A DNA stretch of 63,825 nucleotides, filler included. It is 7 parts of 7 records of this genome, joined end to end, with 100 filler letters (N's around TTAATTAATTAA, not from the genome) between each part and the next. Parts side by side here need not be neighbours in the genome. Positions count along the whole stretch, not along the records: positions 1 to 14,023 come from DRR723986_10882; 6 more parts are not named here. One strand, 5' to 3'. The notes below the pieces were generated by a model. The model had not been told where the DNA came from. It was given only the letters and a program-made list of their open reading frames with translations, and made no database searches. Positions 1 to 9,772 of the stretch are shown here, piece after piece. The position numbers and the translations under genes were made by a program. Every line of letters starts with the position of its first letter. Position 1 is the stretch's first letter.

Positions 1-675
1 CTCAACTATGAAAGGCCCGTGAGGGCTTGCTGGTAAGCTTTGCAAAAGACGATGCCGAACTGCAAAAGACGGCAGTTGATGGGTAAGGGGACGCTTCTAC
101 GTTCGGTCCCCAGAAATGCCCGAGTGCAGGCCTTTGTGTGGCGTGTATGGGCGAAACTATGCCAGCTCTGGCGAGCTGGACATACAACTGGCGTTCCTCC
201 CGGTAACTCGGGATAGCGACGTGAGTTGCAAAGCGAAGGTGATGACTAACGCAGGAAGCTCTGCGGCAGCCGGAAGGTAGACCGGTGCCTGGATTGGTCC
301 TCCAGGTGATTCAAACGCCGTAGAGTGGGAGTGTGGCCCAAGTAGAATTCGAGCACGTTTTCGGGCGGGAGTCCGGGAGTGAGCTTGAGCGTTTCTTCTG
401 CAAGGCAGTGGAAGGGCGTTGGCAGTTGTAGCGGGTGGTGCCGACAACGCTGAGCCAAGACGAAAGGGCTGACGGGTAGTATGTACCTGTCAATGAATCT
501 GTGCGGATACTCAAGTTTTTGCTTGGGTGTCGGTCCTTGGAAGGGCGCAAGCGGTCACAGAAGACCTGTGCGGGAGCACTGGCCTTCTGTGGCAGTAAAC
601 CGACGACTAATGCCCGGAGTGCATCTGCCCTCCGCGTCTGCAGTCGAAGGTTTTATTGGTGACGGGTTGTATGGA

Positions 676-713
676 TTGGCGGGGCACAACTATAGAACGT
701 AGTGCCCCGCCAA
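676..713. repeat. Perfect 12-bp inverted repeat TTGGCGGGGCAC-N14-GTGCCCCGCCAA (origin/nick-site-like hairpin)
   Basis: Arms 676-687 and 702-713, loop AACTATAGAACGTA; no U-tract follows it on either strand. Confidence 0.75.
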
Positions 714-832
714 AAAGTCACCGCCGGATTTTGCGTTATTTGCTCTTTAACAATCTGAGTGCTGCTTGCTCGATGCTTGCAGTAGTAGCGCATGCCGGTA
801 GCTGAAGGTCTTTCTCAAGGAGCTTGGCTTTG

Positions 833-860
833 GGGAGTCTGTGCCATTGAACAGACTCCC
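833..860. repeat. 10-bp inverted repeat GGGAGTCTGT-N8-ACAGACTCCC upstream of ORF 896
   Basis: Read directly from sequence; ends 35 bp before the ATG. Confidence 0.7.
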
Positions 861-895
861 AATTTCTTGTGTCCCTAAGAAACTAGTGGAGGCGG

Positions 896-1543
896 ATGAA
901 ATACCGAGCTGTTGCGACCTCAGTTGAAGGCTTCATCCAGCAGGTGGCTTGTAGCTATTTGCGACACGGCTACTGGTTTTATGTCAGCGGTCGAATTCCA
1001 CCGAGGAAGAACCCGCGCGAAATTGATCGCAAGTTGATTTCGAAATACAACATCGCCGTTTCTGAATCGACTAGGGCGAGACGCAAGAAAGTTGGTCGAG
1101 CAAATCTACAGTACATCCGTCATGAATCACAGTTTCTCATCCTTGCTACCAAAGGCGAGCATCGCTTCTTTGAGGATGAGGCAAATCTGATTCGCGACTT
1201 TCGTCGTGTGCCGTTTCGCTACGCTGGGTATTCAGTGAGTTATCGGCCAGGCGGTCGAAAGCGAGATGGCTCGAGGGATGACAAGTGGCACTCGCATGTT
1301 GAGATTGAGAGGCGGCAGTACTTGGAGCTTCGAGCATGGTTCTCAGAGCGTGCTGTTCGAGAATCTCCCGATCGAATTGCTGCGGCTTTCAATAATCTTC
1401 CGATTGCCGCCTACGCTCCCGTGCGAAGACAAATGCTGATGATCTTACGGGAGATCAATCGCGTTCGGAAAACCGCGGGTCGGTCTCAGCTGTCTGCAGA
1501 AGTCTTGCCGCTGAAGCGAAGAGTGGTTCGCCCGTTTGCTTGA
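896..1543 (+). CDS. Conserved-looking basic hypothetical protein (215 aa), probably nucleic-acid binding and mobile-element associated
   Basis: GGAGG RBS; Arg/Lys-rich; motifs GYWFYVSGRIP, ANLQYIRH, YAPVRRQ resemble Planctomycete hypothetical proteins; no named family recognised. Confidence 0.75.
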   Translation: MKYRAVATSVEGFIQQVACSYLRHGYWFYVSGRIPPRKNPREIDRKLISKYNIAVSESTRARRKKVGRANLQYIRHESQFLILATKGEHRFFEDEANLIRDFRRVPFRYAGYSVSYRPGGRKRDGSRDDKWHSHVEIERRQYLELRAWFSERAVRESPDRIAAAFNNLPIAAYAPVRRQMLMILREINRVRKTAGRSQLSAEVLPLKRRVVRPFA

Positions 1544-1940
1544 AATCGAGTACTGAGTTCTCAAACGTTGTCAATTGTTCACCGCAACCGTCTGACATCT
1601 ACACGGTCTTTTTCGCTTCTTAGCGTCTTCGCGCATGAGGATTAAGCAAAAAGCGGCACATCGTATTTCTGAATTGCAGTCGAGCACGAAGCTATATCTT
1701 CATCTTTCCAGCGGTAGTACAGCTTCAGCATTCTTGGAATGCCGATTATTCTGGGCTACAATTCACAGAAAGCAATCTCGGCAACTCCCGGCCATTTAAT
1801 TGGGAGCTTAGCCAAGCTACCGGCTAACCAACATACGGTGGCAGCATTCCTTTCCTAACTTTTCGTCGATCAACCTTGAGCGTTTCGCAGGCGTGCCACT
1901 TGGCGCGTGTGTAGGACGATCAAACATTGATGGAGGAAAA

Positions 1941-2081
1941 ATGGCTAAGGAATCAAAGAGGCAGAGGCACTACCGGCGTTACGAGGATTATCTCCTCAGA
2001 AGGAAGCTTGCGAACGCAGCGTACTTTTTAACCACGTACGCGGTAGGCATGGCAATTGCCATGGCCTACCACGCACACTAA
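1941..2081 (+). CDS. Small protein (46 aa) with basic N-terminus and hydrophobic C-terminal helix
   Basis: GGAGG RBS just before ATG 1941; MAKESKRQRHYRRYEDYLLRRKLANAAYFLTTYAVGMAIAMAYHAH; has its own terminator. Confidence 0.55.
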   Translation: MAKESKRQRHYRRYEDYLLRRKLANAAYFLTTYAVGMAIAMAYHAH

Positions 2082-2091
2082 GCATCTCTGC

Positions 2092-2122
2092 AAAGCTCAC
2101 GTCTGACCACGTGAGCTTTTTT
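2092..2122 (+). terminator. Rho-independent terminator
   Basis: AAAGCTCACGT-CTGACC-ACGTGAGCTTT followed by TTT. Confidence 0.75.
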
Positions 2123-2422
2123 CTTATCATCAATCGCCGAGCGAAGGCAAGCGTCTAGTCGAAACTAAGTGAGCTTCCCTATCACAAAGTCTTGATCCCA
2201 CTAAAAATTGGTGGTGTCGCCTTTGAGCGCCGCAGGACTTGTATTCTTCCCGCCCCGCTGATTGTCGTGAGAGCAAGCGTGACAATTAGCGCTCGTATTG
2301 CATCAATTCGTTATGCTGGAATTTGAGTTTGCCAATACATTAATGAATGTGGAGCTGCCTGGACTCCCGCGCACTCCAGCGAGAACCGAGTACGCGGGGC
2401 AGTTTTCAAGTCTGACAACGAC

Positions 2423-2755
2423 CTACGCGGCCATTGAAGCGCAGGTTTCGGCACAGGCTCGGCAGGCTTTGACGCATTTGTCCATGCCTCCAACTTTCTC
2501 ACAACTGTCTGCACAAGCCCGGCAAATTTCCGCACAGGCTTTGCAGTAGAGCGCGTGATGCCCTGAATTCCGGGACGTGAAGTCCACACAGGCAGCACAG
2601 GCGGCAATGCAATCGAGCATCAGTTTGAGGTGCTCCTGCTCCGTATGGCCCTTTCCCTCTTTCAAGCAATGTTCACTGAGTGTCTGGGCGCAGGTGACCT
2701 GACACTCCTGACAGTTCTGAATGCAGGTTTCGTGGGAAGTTGTGGTCTTGGTCAT
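2423..2755 (-). CDS. Four-helix-bundle copper storage protein (Csp3/DUF326-like)
   Basis: 17 Cys in CxxC/CxxxC spacing; no signal peptide; AAGGAGA RBS before ATG 2755. Confidence 0.85.
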   Translation of the reverse strand: MTKTTTSHETCIQNCQECQVTCAQTLSEHCLKEGKGHTEQEHLKLMLDCIAACAACVDFTSRNSGHHALYCKACAEICRACADSCEKVGGMDKCVKACRACAETCASMAA

Positions 2756-2828
2756 CGTGTTCTCCTTTTCTGATTCATTCGTCTGAGCAAAGCGTTCACT
2801 CAGCCCTTGGCTTTTCCATGCAAACAGC

Positions 2829-2845
2829 ATACCCTATGGGGGTAT
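2829..2845. promoter_or_regulatory. CsoR operator ATACCCTATGGGGGTAT between divergent csp3 and copA
   Basis: ATACCC-N5-GGGTAT pseudo-palindrome with G-tract, typical of CsoR sites; csoR gene 3 kb downstream. Confidence 0.8.
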
Positions 2846-2906
2846 CCGCTGTAAGGCTAGCGAGAGAGAATGATAAAGGCCATGAGCCAGATCATAGAGG
2901 GTAAAA

Positions 2907-5291
2907 ATGAGCGAAACGGACACTCAAGCGATCGATCCCGTATGTGGCATGACGGTTGATTTAGCGACAGCGCGATCGTCAAACTACCAAGGCAGCGACT
3001 ACTTCTTTTGCAGCCAATCCTGCCAGAGGAAGTTCGAGAACGAGCCGTCAGCGGTGTTCGAAAAGGCCGCCCAGCGGGAAGCCGAGAAGCAAGACGATTC
3101 TGACGGTGAGCATGGCTGCTGCTCGCATGGTGGCGGTGGAGATTCCGCTGCGAAGCATGAAGTCAGCGATCCGGAAGCCATCTATACCTGTCCGATGCAC
3201 CCTGAAGTTGAGCAGGTTGGGCCGGGCGATTGTCCCGTTTGTGGCATGGACCTCGAACCAAAATTCGTCGATATGGCGGACGACGGTGACGACGAGCAGT
3301 ACCGCGACATGCAACTCCGATTCTGGGTGGGGGTAGTTCTGTCTGGGCCGTTGCTGGTACTCGCGATGGGGCCAATGGTTGGCCTGAACCTCGCTGCGGC
3401 GATGTCTGATCAGGTTTTCGGATGGCTGCAACTGACGTTGGCAGCACCGGTCGTATTTTGGTGCGGCTGGCCGCTACTGTTTCGCGGAGTGAAGTCGTTT
3501 CGCACAATGAATCTCAATATGTTCTCGTTGATTGCAGTCGGAACGCTGGCTGCATTTCTATTCAGTTTGTTTGTTGTAGTCTTCCCAGGGATGATTCCCG
3601 AAGCGTTTTTCGAGAACGGAAAACCGCCACTATATTTTGAGGCGGCTGCGGTGATTATCACGCTGGTGCTGTTGGGGCAGGTGTTGGAACTGCGTGCTCG
3701 TCAACAGACCGGTGGCGCAATTCGCGAACTTATGCAGCTTGCACCTGAGACTGCTCACCGCATCACAGACTATGGAGAAGAGGAAGTTTCGCTTGGCGAT
3801 GTGCATCGGGGCGACAGACTTCGCGTGCGACCGGGTGAAAAAGTGCCAGTAGACGGACGAGTTGTTAGTGGAAGCAGTAGTGTTGATGAGTCGATGCTGA
3901 CTGGCGAGCCGATTCCAGTGAAGAAAACTGAAGGTGATGAGATCACAGGCGGAACACTCAATCAGACCGGTGCATTGGTCATGGAAGCGGTGGGCGTAGG
4001 CGGTGACACGGTGTTGCATCGCATCGTGCAGATGGTTGCAGAGGCTCAACGAAGCCGTGCTCCGATTCAGAAGTTGGTCGATGTCGTATCGCGATACTTC
4101 GTTCCGAGTGTGATCATTGTCTCAGCGCTGACTTTTGTTAGCTGGGCCGCGTTTGGGCCGGAGCCTCGACTGGCTCATGCGTTTGTCGCATCAGTAGCAG
4201 TTCTGATTATTGCTTGCCCGTGTGCATTAGGGCTTGCGACGCCAATGTCTGTGATGGTGGGTGTGGGACGCGGTGCGAAGGAAGGTGTGTTGATTAAAGA
4301 CGCGGAAGTCCTCGAAGTGATGGAAAACGTGGATACGGTTGTGGTCGACAAGACCGGGACGCTGACTCGTGGACGTCCCGAAGTGGCCGCAATTGAGACT
4401 TTCGGAGGATGGCGAAAACGCGACATATGGGGACTTGCAGCAGCGGTCGAAGCCCAGAGTGAACATCCATTAGCTCAAGCGGTAGTGCGAAAGGCTATTT
4501 CACGAAACATTGCAGCTGGAGACGCTGTCAACTTCCAAAGTACGACTGGTGGGGGAGTTCAGGCTACAGTTGATGATGAGTTTGTTTTGATTGGCAAAGC
4601 AGAGTTTCTTAAAGATAAGTCCGTTAGCAATGTGGACGCGGGAGTTCGTGAGGCAGCTCCGTATCAGGGAAATGGCGCCACAGTCATCTTCGTTGCAGTA
4701 AACGGTGATCTTGCAGCTATTATTGTGATCCAGGACCCCATCAAGGAGAGCACGCCTGCCGCATTGCAGACACTTCACGAGCTTGGCCTAAACGTCTTGA
4801 TGCTTACCGGCGATGCTCAACCAACAGCAAAGGCCGTAGCAGAAAAGCTCGGTATCGACGAATTCCATGCCGGAGTTTCGCCGGAGGACAAACACGACTT
4901 CGTGAAACGACTCAAATCCGAAGGTAAAGTCGTTGCAATGGCAGGTGATGGCATCAACGACGCACCTGCTCTGGCCGAATCCAATGTCGGTATCGCGATG
5001 GGGACAGGAACTGGGGTCGCGATTGAGTCTGCTGGCGTAACACTTGTTGGCGGAGATTTGCGAGGAGTTGCGGCGGCGAACAACCTCAGTCGCAAAACGA
5101 TGAGCAACATTCGCCAGAACCTGTTTTTCGCCTTCATCTACAACGCACTGGGCGTACCGGTAGCTGCTGGACTGCTGTATCCGTACTTCGGTGTATTGCT
5201 AAGTCCGATGATTGCCGCTGCCGCAATGAGCTTTAGTAGCGTTTCGGTGATCGCGAATGCTCTTCGGTTGCGAGCAGCGAAATTGGCATAG
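2907..5291 (+). CDS. copA: Cu(I)-translocating P1B-type ATPase with N-terminal YHS and YTCPMHP metal-binding domains
   Basis: DPVCGM/FCSQSC, YTCPMHP, TGE, CPC, DKTGT, SEHP, GDGIND, YN and MxxSS motifs. Confidence 0.95.
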   Translation: MSETDTQAIDPVCGMTVDLATARSSNYQGSDYFFCSQSCQRKFENEPSAVFEKAAQREAEKQDDSDGEHGCCSHGGGGDSAAKHEVSDPEAIYTCPMHPEVEQVGPGDCPVCGMDLEPKFVDMADDGDDEQYRDMQLRFWVGVVLSGPLLVLAMGPMVGLNLAAAMSDQVFGWLQLTLAAPVVFWCGWPLLFRGVKSFRTMNLNMFSLIAVGTLAAFLFSLFVVVFPGMIPEAFFENGKPPLYFEAAAVIITLVLLGQVLELRARQQTGGAIRELMQLAPETAHRITDYGEEEVSLGDVHRGDRLRVRPGEKVPVDGRVVSGSSSVDESMLTGEPIPVKKTEGDEITGGTLNQTGALVMEAVGVGGDTVLHRIVQMVAEAQRSRAPIQKLVDVVSRYFVPSVIIVSALTFVSWAAFGPEPRLAHAFVASVAVLIIACPCALGLATPMSVMVGVGRGAKEGVLIKDAEVLEVMENVDTVVVDKTGTLTRGRPEVAAIETFGGWRKRDIWGLAAAVEAQSEHPLAQAVVRKAISRNIAAGDAVNFQSTTGGGVQATVDDEFVLIGKAEFLKDKSVSNVDAGVREAAPYQGNGATVIFVAVNGDLAAIIVIQDPIKESTPAALQTLHELGLNVLMLTGDAQPTAKAVAEKLGIDEFHAGVSPEDKHDFVKRLKSEGKVVAMAGDGINDAPALAESNVGIAMGTGTGVAIESAGVTLVGGDLRGVAAANNLSRKTMSNIRQNLFFAFIYNALGVPVAAGLLYPYFGVLLSPMIAAAAMSFSSVSVIANALRLRAAKLA

Positions 5292-5301
5292 CAACATCTA
5301 A

Positions 5302-5799
5302 TCGGCAAAGTCTCGGCAGCCCGAAAAGCCGACCGAGTTCGTTGCGAACAATCCCGGCGATTGGATTTTTCATTGTCACATGGTTCACCACATGATGAAC
5401 CACATGAGCAAACAGGTGGGACCGCGAATACGACAAACCTCTGTGGATCGTTACTTGGCGAATCTTGACAACAGACCGCCAGTGGAACCCCCGCCGGGTG
5501 CCGTCTTCAAAACGCCGGCTTATCCCCAGAAGAAGATGGGGATGTCCATGAGTGAAGAGGACATGAAGATTTACTGGAGCCGTCGCGAAGTAAAGGGAAT
5601 GCGTGCCAATTACCTGATGGCGGTAAAGGGCTTGATGATGGTCATGCGGGTGCTTCCCGATGACCTTTACAAGTTGCTGATGGAAACCGACCAGCGGGTT
5701 GAAAAGGGAGCCGTTTTCTCTGAAATTGTCCGCAGGTTTGGCGATCCGGACCACTACGAGCCAGCCCCGAAGCACTCGATGATGAACATGAAGGGCTGA
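5302..5799 (+). pseudogene. 5'-truncated multicopper oxidase remnant (C-terminal part only)
   Basis: Frame open from 5302 reads EFVANNPGDWIFHCHMVHHMMNHM, the last Cu-binding motif of multicopper oxidases; in-frame TAA at 5299 and no room for the N-terminal domains. Confidence 0.75.
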
Positions 5800-5909
5800 T
5801 CCTGTCCCCAATCCCTGAAATACGTTAGAATCTGACGTTCGCTGAACGCTGCCTGTGTGTCATGGTTGAATGGCGAAACACGATGATAACGGTGTCACCG
5901 GTAGGGAAC

Positions 5910-6197
5910 ATGCTGAAGTCCGACGAAAAAAAGAAGGTGCTGAACCGAATCAAGCGAATCAACGGTCAGGTTGAGGCGGTTGGTAGGATGATTGGTGACG
6001 AAGAGTATTGCGTCGACGTATTGATGCAGATTTCTGCGGCGACGGGTGCCCTAGCGAAGGTCGGGCAAATTGTGCTGGAAAATCATCTGAAAACCTGTGT
6101 CACCGAAGCTATGAAGAACGATGACGATGCGGATCGTGATGAGAAGTTGGAGGAGTTGATCAAGCTTTTCCGCAAATACGCTGGTGTAATTGATTGA
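5910..6197 (+). CDS. csoR: CsoR/RcnR family copper-sensing repressor
   Basis: RIKRINGQV, YCVDVLMQI, ENHLKTCV (C-H-C Cu ligand set); start could be 5862. Confidence 0.9.
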   Translation: MLKSDEKKKVLNRIKRINGQVEAVGRMIGDEEYCVDVLMQISAATGALAKVGQIVLENHLKTCVTEAMKNDDDADRDEKLEELIKLFRKYAGVID

Positions 6198-7261
6198 GCG
6201 GCGTCGGAACTTTGGTGTGTACGGCCACCGGGCTGTCGCTCACATCGGCCAGCATCTTTGAGACGTGGATGGCCGTGCTGTATCCGCGTGCAGTGGCCGG
6301 GCCAATCACCACGTTGACGTACCGTATCTACCATTACATTTCGCAGCGTCTGCTCGGCCCCGAAAGCAAGTTGCTTCTCTTTAGCGGGCCGGTGCTGATT
6401 GTGACGCAGGCCACAGTCTGGGCCACGCTGCTGTTGCTAGGTGTCAGCCTGATGGTCTGGCCGCAATTGGGCGTGGGCATTGTCAGCTCCAATACATCAG
6501 GTACAGAGACGAGCTTTGTCACGGCGGTCTATTACGCAGGCTTCTCAGTGACGACACTGGGAGTTGGCGACTTCGTCCCCACGACTGCGTTTACACAAAT
6601 GCTGACAATCACGGCAGCGGCCGTTGGCTTCAGTTTCTTCACCTTGGTATTGGCCTATATCATTTCGGTCTACAGCGCCCTTGACAGACGCAATCAATTC
6701 GCCTCGGAAATCGACTACCGCACGGGAAAAACAGGGGACACGCTGGCCTACCTGCGGCTTCATCTAGCCAGCGATGATCGTGCGTTGCTCAATCAAGACC
6801 TGTGTGATTTGGCGTCGAAGCTGGCGGACCTTCTTGAGTCACACCACTTCTATCCGGCACTGCACTATTTTCGTTTCAGTGAGCCAAGATATTCGATGAG
6901 CCGAATGCTGCGATTCTGTTTGGAAACGGCATCGTTGTTGAGGGCACTTGCTAAAGTGCAACCCGATCAATCGGCAGTGAATGCCGAAGCGATCCAGCGA
7001 CTTTGGCACGCGAGTATGCAACTACTAGAAGATGCCAAAGAACACTTCGTGATCTGCCGAGTTTCTCGTGATGATGTGGACCTCTCTCTAGCCAGACGTT
7101 TTTCGGAGCAGGTTCGCTCGGTGGTTTCCGATCAATCAATGGTTGAGGCGGATGAATTCGCCTCGGCATATTCGTCGAGTTGTCACAAATGGTCCAACGA
7201 CTTGGCCTCACTGGAGCAATGCACCATGACCTTCAAGCATTGCCGCCACTATTGCGGCTAA
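6194..7261 (+). CDS. Potassium-channel-family (Ion_trans_2) membrane protein
   Basis: TM-pore-TM with filter-like TTLGVGD; soluble C-terminal domain; start overlaps csoR stop. Confidence 0.75.
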   Translation: MSGVGTLVCTATGLSLTSASIFETWMAVLYPRAVAGPITTLTYRIYHYISQRLLGPESKLLLFSGPVLIVTQATVWATLLLLGVSLMVWPQLGVGIVSSNTSGTETSFVTAVYYAGFSVTTLGVGDFVPTTAFTQMLTITAAAVGFSFFTLVLAYIISVYSALDRRNQFASEIDYRTGKTGDTLAYLRLHLASDDRALLNQDLCDLASKLADLLESHHFYPALHYFRFSEPRYSMSRMLRFCLETASLLRALAKVQPDQSAVNAEAIQRLWHASMQLLEDAKEHFVICRVSRDDVDLSLARRFSEQVRSVVSDQSMVEADEFASAYSSSCHKWSNDLASLEQCTMTFKHCRHYCG

Positions 7262-7344
7262 TTCCTCCGGCTAGCTGAAGAAACTGAATTCTCCCGCATC
7301 AAACAGTGTAGAGCGTGGCGCTGTAACAGCAGGAGAATCGGTTT

Positions 7345-8796
7345 TTGATGAGTCTCGAATTCTGGAAACGATTACCAATCCGTCGGCAGTTGATGCTGGC
7401 TGTCAACGTCCTGCTGATGCTGGTCGTCGTTCTGTTCTTATTCGTTGGTCACGGGCTACGAATTCGTGACGCTAAGCAGGAGAAGCGGCTCGCGCTCGTC
7501 GAAGAGGCGAAGACCATCTACGAGTCTGTTGATGCAATCGCCAATCGCGGCCATGAATCCATTCAGCAGTTAATTGACGATGTTTGTGCGCGGATGAATT
7601 CGATCGAATCGCCGGGGCATCACATTGCCGTTGAGTGGCAGGGAAGTTCAATGCAGGCCAAGTCACATGGTCGAGCGTCACACGACATGCTTCAAGCGAT
7701 GCGGGAATCAGGTGAACCGGAAAAGTATCGGGAGCCCCGCTCGCACTCACTGGTCGTTGCCAAGTTTGAGGGGCCGCTTGGCACAATTTACATTTCTGAG
7801 TCTGAAGAGTCAGTCTTCGAGAACGCTCGCCAGGAACTGCTCCGTCAAATCATTGCCGTTCTTGTTGCGGGTGCGTTGGCTGGCCTAATGGTCAATCTTG
7901 TTCTGAGGCGGGTCGTGACCAAACCACTGCGGCGACTCGTCACTACGCTGGGCCGCATTGGTGACGGTGATCTGGACGCTGAATCGGAGGAACGCAGTTG
8001 TGAAGAACTGACTTATCTTTCAGACCAGGTCAATGTCATGACGCGAAAGCTGGCGGCGGCAGACCAAGATCGACGCCTTCACATGAAGAAGGCCCGAGAC
8101 ATCCAACAGCATCTGCGCCCTACTAATGGGAAAATGGAGGGCGTCCAGACAGCTGAGCTCTTTGAACCGGCAGACGACGTTGGTGGTGATTATTACGACG
8201 TGATTCCACTGAACGAAAACCAGTGTTTACTGTGTGTTGCAGACGTATCGGGGCACGGTGTTCCGGCAGCGATGGCAGCGACCGTCATTAAAGCACTTGT
8301 GTTGGAAGCCATTGAGGTAACACATAGCCCGGCAGAGATTCTCAGTCGTATCAATCGCCGCTATACCGATATCATCATGGAGGGGCACTTTGCGACCATG
8401 GTCGTTGTGGTGCTCGATCGAAAACGAAAGACACTTACTTGCGCGAACGCCGGACATGAGTACCCTTTTATCAGGGAGCTAGACAAGGCAGTGCGACGAC
8501 TTGAAGTCGGCGACTTGTTGCTGGGTGTTGACAACAATGTGACGTTCACTGAGGCAACGGTATCTGTAGCGAGTGGAACGAGAATTGTCCTGGTGTCTGA
8601 CGGAGTGACTGAAATGTTTGACCCGAAAGAGAACCAGTTTGGAACCGAGCGAGTAGCGAAGGTCATCGAAACCTCATCCGCACCAGACGCACGCCGGCTC
8701 GTCGATGAGTTCTCTGAGGCGCTCGCCAGCTTCCGCGAGTCTCGCCCACCTTTTGACGACACGACCTTGTTAGTTGCAGTGGTGACAGGTGAGTGA
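7345..8796 (+). CDS. Membrane PP2C/SpoIIE (RsbU-like) phosphatase with HAMP domain
   Basis: 2 TM, HAMP, VGGDYYD, ADVSGHGVPAA, NAGH, SDGVTE, DDTT. Confidence 0.9.
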   Translation: MMSLEFWKRLPIRRQLMLAVNVLLMLVVVLFLFVGHGLRIRDAKQEKRLALVEEAKTIYESVDAIANRGHESIQQLIDDVCARMNSIESPGHHIAVEWQGSSMQAKSHGRASHDMLQAMRESGEPEKYREPRSHSLVVAKFEGPLGTIYISESEESVFENARQELLRQIIAVLVAGALAGLMVNLVLRRVVTKPLRRLVTTLGRIGDGDLDAESEERSCEELTYLSDQVNVMTRKLAAADQDRRLHMKKARDIQQHLRPTNGKMEGVQTAELFEPADDVGGDYYDVIPLNENQCLLCVADVSGHGVPAAMAATVIKALVLEAIEVTHSPAEILSRINRRYTDIIMEGHFATMVVVVLDRKRKTLTCANAGHEYPFIRELDKAVRRLEVGDLLLGVDNNVTFTEATVSVASGTRIVLVSDGVTEMFDPKENQFGTERVAKVIETSSAPDARRLVDEFSEALASFRESRPPFDDTTLLVAVVTGE

Positions 8797-9063
8797 GTGC
8801 CATCAGCCATGGTGCGCTAGGTATTCTAGGAACGATTTGCGATACATCAGAACTACAGAACCTACTCCACACGATCAGAAAACTTCCCGACCAGCTCGCA
8901 TGCAGAGAGCTTTGTAGACACCTCCATCGCGGATGTCATTCACGAAACGCACATGTTCGAATGGCAGTCGAACTGAAGAGCTTTGCGATAGGATAGGTGG
9001 TCGTGAACATCTGCCTGTCAATTCCACAAATCCCACAATGGCAGTAAGGCCTGACCACTGAGC

Positions 9064-9747
9064 CTATAGTGATGCTCGAACTAGTCTATTCCTATGAGGT
9101 TTGTTATCACCCAGGTAGTGACCAATCTGAATGCCACTCGCCATTGGTAGTTGTGGGTATTTTGCTAGTGTAAATTTCCGGATTCCCAACAACATGCTGT
9201 GCCCAAGGTATGTGAACCCCATACGCCGCACACTCCGTAGTGCGCGGTGGTTCGAGCCTTCAGTAGTTAACATCACTGCGTCATAGCCGTCTTTGGACAA
9301 TTGCCGAGACAATTCGGAAATCATTGCTCCGTATAGCCGTCTACCTCGACATTGTGGCATGACGAAGACATTGAAAATGTATCCAATTCCATCCGGTAGA
9401 TAGATTGGCAACTGAGTCGCGGGATGGCCATCATGATTTATGGCACCGGGAATATTGCCGATAGCCACCCAAAGAAACGACACCAGCGAATCTCCATCGA
9501 AGACCGCGTAGCCTTGTGCTGTGGCGTTTTCGAGAAACCCGTGATGAACTTCACCGATTAAATCGGGATGCACATCGCTCAGTTCAACAATCTTATCCGA
9601 AGTCAATCGCTTAAAGACCAATCCATCGGGGAGCGGTACGTTCTGCAGCTCGACCAGCTTTGCCATAAAGAAGCAGCTAATGTTTGCGATAGCAAAATGA
9701 CGCGCTACTCTGTATGGCACGTACCGAATTCTATTTAGCAAGCTCAT
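9064..9747 (-). CDS. GNAT family N-acetyltransferase
   Basis: FNVFVMPQCRGRRLY acetyl-CoA motif, NHRALRSVRRMGF; AGGAGG RBS before MSLLNRI. Confidence 0.75.
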   Translation of the reverse strand: MSLLNRIRYVPYRVARHFAIANISCFFMAKLVELQNVPLPDGLVFKRLTSDKIVELSDVHPDLIGEVHHGFLENATAQGYAVFDGDSLVSFLWVAIGNIPGAINHDGHPATQLPIYLPDGIGYIFNVFVMPQCRGRRLYGAMISELSRQLSKDGYDAVMLTTEGSNHRALRSVRRMGFTYLGHSMLLGIRKFTLAKYPQLPMASGIQIGHYLGDNKPHRNRLVRASL

Positions 9748-9772
9748 TGCCGGCCCCTCCTTCTCGCTCTGA

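Noticed and set aside
1..702. Five short overlapping ORFs at the window start
   Set aside because: No RBS or recognisable motifs and mutually overlapping; treated as non-coding or degraded.
8793..9063. 67-aa ORF after the PP2C gene
   Set aside because: No RBS or motif support; probably spacer or decayed sequence.
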